This document shows positions 60,653 through 64,000 of a stretch of 64,000 nt of DNA, in pieces. A model generated the notes under the pieces. The model had not been told where the DNA came from. It saw nothing but the letters and a program-made list of their open reading frames with translations, and searched no databases. Every line of letters begins with the position of its first letter. Positions within the stretch are counted from its first letter, which is position 1. The translations under genes and the position numbers were made by a program. The stretch comes from an uncultured Solirubrobacteraceae bacterium (GTDB taxonomy: Bacteria; Actinomycetota; Thermoleophilia; Solirubrobacterales; Solirubrobacteraceae), in contig CADCVQ010000148.1 in NCBI GenBank assembly GCA_902806175.1, positions 47,200 to 111,199 of the forward strand, given 5' to 3'.

Positions 60653-61834
60653 TCAGAAGTCCAGGGCGTGGATCCGCATGCGGTAGTTCGTGAAGCCCGT
60701 CGTCGTCTCGTCGCCGCGCGCGAACAGGACGCGGTTGGCATCGACGAGCCCGCGCGGGCGCACCGGACGGATGCTGTAGTGGTCGCTGTCGTTCGTGAGC
60801 TGGCTGTGCGACCACGTACGGCCGCTGTCGGGCGTGAACCACAGCTCCACCTGGTTCCAGCGCCCGATCGTCCGCGACAGGTACACGAAGCGCGGATCGG
60901 CGTGGTCGAACGTCGCGCCGCCGGAGGTAAACGAGTTGCGCCCCGCGCCGGCCTCCACGATCTTGCGACTCAGCCACCTCTCGCCGTTGTGGTAGGCGTA
61001 CCAGAACGTGTCGCGGCCGCTGGGCCCGCCCAGCCGCCGCGTGTAGACGACTCGTGGCCGGCCGTCGTCGGTCAGCGCGATGTCGTGCGGCCAGGCGCGC
61101 CCGCCGCTGTCGGAGTACCTGTAGATGCGATCGAGCTCGTCGATCGGGACCGGCACCGAGGCCAGGCTCGCGATCCGCCGGCCGCTCATCGCGAACAGGT
61201 CCTCGCCCTCGTAGCGCACGTAGAACAGGCTGTTCTTGAAGTTCATCGCGTGGCCGTTGGAGAAGATCCCGTGGATGTTCGTCTTGCCGTCGCCGACGTA
61301 CTTCGCGTAGGGCCGCTGGCCGGGCGAGGAGTGGATGAGCTCGCGTGCAGGCACCCAGTCGAGCTTGTTCTCGGTGTAGCTGAACGTCGGAAACCACTGC
61401 GCGCCGCGCCAGAACAACCACAGCTTGTCGCTCTGCTGCAGCGGGTTGGGATAGGTGAAACCGAGGCTGCCGGGGACGTTCGGGACGGTGTGGATCGGCC
61501 CCCACCCGTCGATGATCGAGAACGCCTTCTTCGAGATGCGGTAACGCATGACGCTCGGGATCCCGGGCGGCGGCAGGTCGTGACCGGAGTGCGGCGAGAA
61601 GAACACCGCGATCCGGCCGTCGCGCAGGAAGACGAGCGACGGGTTGTTGTGGTCGTCGCGGCCCAGGCCCCGAAACAGCAGGTGCTTGCTGAGCCTGCCG
61701 CCGGGCGTCAGACGCGCGACCCAGACATGACCCGCCGTCGAGATCCAGCCCGTGAACGTGTGGCCGTCGTGCGAGATCGCGCGCGGATCGCCGAAGTACG
61801 ACCACGCGCCTGCCCCGAGTTCCCTGCCCGCCAT
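60653..61834 (-). CDS. BNR-4 repeat-containing (sialidase-like beta-propeller) protein
   Basis: 393 aa. Has SxDxGxTW-type Asp-boxes (YSDSGGRAW and TPDSGRTWS) and HNNPS, which I recall from the BNR_4 family. By eye it is less GC-rich than its neighbours. Confidence 0.78.
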   Translation of the reverse strand: MAGRELGAGAWSYFGDPRAISHDGHTFTGWISTAGHVWVARLTPGGRLSKHLLFRGLGRDDHNNPSLVFLRDGRIAVFFSPHSGHDLPPPGIPSVMRYRISKKAFSIIDGWGPIHTVPNVPGSLGFTYPNPLQQSDKLWLFWRGAQWFPTFSYTENKLDWVPARELIHSSPGQRPYAKYVGDGKTNIHGIFSNGHAMNFKNSLFYVRYEGEDLFAMSGRRIASLASVPVPIDELDRIYRYSDSGGRAWPHDIALTDDGRPRVVYTRRLGGPSGRDTFWYAYHNGERWLSRKIVEAGAGRNSFTSGGATFDHADPRFVYLSRTIGRWNQVELWFTPDSGRTWSHSQLTNDSDHYSIRPVRPRGLVDANRVLFARGDETTTGFTNYRMRIHALDF

Positions 61835-61864
61835 CGCATCCTCCCCGCCTCGTGGTCGGCCTCG

Positions 61865-62248
61865 TCAGCTCGTGGTGACATCCATCGCCGCGCGCACGGC
61901 GTCGCGCAGCTGGGCGGGCTTGGCCGCCTTCGGCATCCAGCCCTCGGCCTGCAGCCGCTCGGCCTCCTTCTCGAGGCTGAAGGGCGGCATGTTCGAGATC
62001 AGCAAGATCGCCGTGTCCGGCGAGCCGCCGCGTATCCGGGCGACGAGATCGGCGGGCTCGGGCACGTCGGGCAGCACGAGGTCGAGCAGCAGCACGTCGG
62101 TGGGGCAGCTCGCGAGCTTCTCGACCGCCTCCTCGCCGGTGCTCGTCGCGGCGACGACCTCGATGTCGCCCTCCTCCTCGAGCACCTGGCGCAGGAAGAA
62201 CTTCACCGCCCGAGCGTCGTCGCACACCGCTACCCGGATTGTCGCCAC
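61865..62248 (-). CDS. Single-domain response regulator (receiver only)
   Basis: 127 aa. IRVAVCDDA...DVLLLDLVLPD...PKA is the CheY-like acidic pocket and Lys pattern. Confidence 0.85.
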   Translation of the reverse strand: MATIRVAVCDDARAVKFFLRQVLEEEGDIEVVAATSTGEEAVEKLASCPTDVLLLDLVLPDVPEPADLVARIRGGSPDTAILLISNMPPFSLEKEAERLQAEGWMPKAAKPAQLRDAVRAAMDVTTS

Positions 62249-62299
62249 GGCCGCAGGCTAGCGGTTTGAGCGGTCGGCGGCGGGCGTCGCGCGCCGCCG

Positions 62300-63223
62300 T
62301 CAGAGCAGCGTTTTGGCCTGTAGGAACTCCCGTGCGACGTCGGCGGGGTCGCGGCCGCGGACGTCGACGGCCGCGTTCATCTCCCGCATCGCCGACGTCG
62401 TGAGCGTCCGGGAGACGGCGTCGATCGCGCGCTGCAGGCGCGGCCCGTGCGCCTCGAGGATCCGGTTGCTGAGGATCGGCGCGACGTGGCCGGAGGCGAA
62501 GAGGCGCTGCGGGTCCTCGAGGATGACGTAGCGCTCGCCCGCCAGCTGGCCCTCGGTCGTGAAGACGGAGGCGACGTCGACGTCGCCTCTGTCGAGCGCT
62601 GCGTAACGGCGCTCGACGGCGCTGACCCTGAGGTTGCGCAGGCCGTAGACCGCGCGCAGCCCGTCGAGGCCCTCGTAGCGCGTCCGGAACTCCGGTAGCG
62701 CGCCGATCTTCACCGTCCGTTTCAGCCGCTTGAGGTCGCTGATCGTGCGCAGGCGGTGGCGCTCGGCGAACTCCGGCTTGACGCCGAGCGCATTGGAGTC
62801 CGAGAACGGCGTCTGCGCGAGCATCGTGAAGCCGCCCTTCTGCTCGTACTCCTTGGCGACCTCGTACGCCGCTGCCGCACTGCGCGGGCGCGAGCGCACC
62901 TCGGCGACCTCGGACAGCAGCACGCCGACGTACTCGGGATACATGTCCAGCGCGCCGCGCCGCAGCGCGCGGTGGATGATCTCGGTGCTGCCGACGTCGG
63001 CCTTCAGCACGACCTCGAAGCCCTTCGCGTCGAGTGCCTGTCGATACAGCTCCCCGAGGATCATCTGCTCCGTGAAGTTCTTGGCGCCGATGCGGATCGG
63101 TGGCGCGTCCGACGCGACCGGGTCGGTGGGCGTGGCGTCGTCGTCGCCACCGCAGGCGCCGAGCGCCAGGACGAGGCCGAGCGTCGCGAGCAGCGCGACC
63201 ACACGCCGGATCGCAGCGTTCAT
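62300..63223 (-). CDS. Glycine-betaine/osmoprotectant-type ABC substrate-binding lipoprotein (OpuAC family)
   Basis: Lipobox LALGACGG. IRIGAKNFTEQMILGELY...DMYPEYVG is typical of the OpuAC/ProX-like family. Confidence 0.87.
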   Translation of the reverse strand: MNAAIRRVVALLATLGLVLALGACGGDDDATPTDPVASDAPPIRIGAKNFTEQMILGELYRQALDAKGFEVVLKADVGSTEIIHRALRRGALDMYPEYVGVLLSEVAEVRSRPRSAAAAYEVAKEYEQKGGFTMLAQTPFSDSNALGVKPEFAERHRLRTISDLKRLKRTVKIGALPEFRTRYEGLDGLRAVYGLRNLRVSAVERRYAALDRGDVDVASVFTTEGQLAGERYVILEDPQRLFASGHVAPILSNRILEAHGPRLQRAIDAVSRTLTTSAMREMNAAVDVRGRDPADVAREFLQAKTLL

Positions 63224-64000
63224 CAGGCGGTCGCCCCCACCCGCGGTGGCTCGGCCTGCGCCGGAGTGGCGGCCGGCAGCGTGAAGTGAAACACGCTGCC
63301 CTCGCCCGGCCTGCTGGACACCCAGATGCGCCCGCCGAGCTGGCCGATGATGCGCTCGCAGACGGCCAGGCCGATGCCCGTGCCGGGATAGTCCTCCTCG
63401 CCGTGCAGCCGCTGGAAGGGCTGGAAGATGCGCTGCGCATGCTCGGGCTGCATGCCGATCCCGTTGTCGCGCACCGAGAAGCGCCAGTCACCGTTGTCGC
63501 GCTCGGCGTCGATGCACACGTGCGCGGTCTCCTCGCCGGTGAACTTCACCGCGTTGCCGATGAGGTTCTGAAAGACGCGGCACAGGTTCGTGCGATCGGC
63601 GCGCACGACCGGAAGCTCGCCGACGGTCACCTCCGCGCCGCTCTCCTCGATCGCCCCCGCGAGCTGCTCGAGCGCGTTGTCGACGATGAGCGCGGCCGGC
63701 ACGTCCTCGACCTTGAGGCTGCCGCGGCCAGCGCGCGAGTACTCGAGCAGGTCGCGGATCAGGGCGCGCGCCTGCTGCGTCGCGCCGCGGATCCCGTCGA
63801 CGAGGTCGAGGTCGGCGCCGGGCTGCTCGCCGCGGCGGCGCTCGAGCAGCTCCGCGTACATCGAGATCGTCGTCAGCGGCGCCTGCAGGTCGTGCGAGGT
63901 GACCGAGGCGAACTGCTCGAGCTCGGCGTTTGAGCGCGTCAGCTCGGTGTTCGTGTGCTCGAGCTCCTCGCGCCCGCGCTCGAGCGAGTCCGCCATCGAG
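63223..64000 (-). CDS. Sensor histidine kinase (HisKA + HATPase_c; N-terminus probably beyond the window)
   Basis: H-box is FASVTSHDLQAPL, N-box is QNLIGNAVKF, and the G-boxes are DNGIGM and GTGIGLAV. The stop overlaps the downstream ATG by one base (TGATG). The frame is still open at 64000. Confidence 0.88.
   Translation of the reverse strand, partial: SMADSLERGREELEHTNTELTRSNAELEQFASVTSHDLQAPLTTISMYAELLERRRGEQPGADLDLVDGIRGATQQARALIRDLLEYSRAGRGSLKVEDVPAALIVDNALEQLAGAIEESGAEVTVGELPVVRADRTNLCRVFQNLIGNAVKFTGEETAHVCIDAERDNGDWRFSVRDNGIGMQPEHAQRIFQPFQRLHGEEDYPGTGIGLAVCERIIGQLGGRIWVSSRPGEGSVFHFTLPAATPAQAEPPRVGATA

Noticed and set aside
60435-63491. 1018-aa minus-strand ORF spanning rnd to the histidine kinase
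   Set aside because: It is out of frame with four recognisable genes in the same region and has an Arg-rich, implausible sequence.
1-64000. Search for CRISPR arrays, tRNA/rRNA genes, integrases, transposases and prophage genes
   Set aside because: No regularly spaced repeats, cloverleaf-like intergenic segments, rRNA-like stretches or recombinase-like ORFs were seen by eye. Absence cannot be proven without tools.

Overview
This is a very GC-rich bacterial chromosomal segment. All calls come from reading the supplied six-frame translations and the DNA by eye; no searches or calculations were run.

The gene content and order point to Actinomycetota. A Thermoleophilia-like (Conexibacter/Solirubrobacter-type) origin is a low-confidence guess.

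Two conserved housekeeping backbones are recognisable, both on the minus strand:
- tlyA-nadK-recN ... steA-mctB-like-GT4-pyrG-(small)-M20-DUF3866-NUDIX, at about 1-14.8 kb. This matches the order of M. tuberculosis Rv1694-Rv1700.
- aroC-aroKB ... aroQ-pepP ... efp-nusB-xseB-polyprenyl synthase-dxs, at about 27-46 kb. This matches the order of Rv2533c-Rv2540c.

Both backbones are interrupted by accessory blocks.

**Main finding.** A roughly 9 kb block lies between pepP and efp. Its core is a six-gene operon at 33175-40195, with three consecutive start/stop overlaps. It encodes an extended GMC oxidoreductase, an alpha/beta hydrolase with a Cys at the nucleophile elbow, two uncharacterised small proteins, a DyP-type peroxidase and a catalase-related peroxidase. 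A third, divergent copy of the small-protein family sits next door, and a decayed AbiEi/DUF559-like remnant lies at the efp edge of the block.

**Other notable content:**
- A type IV pilus locus at 46.3-55.6 kb, directly upstream of aroC-aroKB. It contains two tandem pilins, three large minor pilins, pilD, pilMNO and an unknown 321-aa protein. No secretin or ATPase gene is present in the window.
- A secreted putative cysteine peptidase with a 23-residue unbroken polyproline run.
- A small-protein plus nucleotidyltransferase pair that resembles a toxin-antitoxin module.
- Two MepA-like endopeptidase paralogues flanking dacB and a LysR regulator.
- A gluQ gene with no canonical start codon upstream of its essential N-terminus.
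- A membrane PP2C phosphatase with a long low-complexity ectodomain.
- A histidine kinase-OpuAC binding protein-receiver-BNR4 gene string.

No rRNA, tRNA, CRISPR array or intact mobile element was seen. Many long ORFs in the supplied track are GC-driven shadow frames and were rejected.
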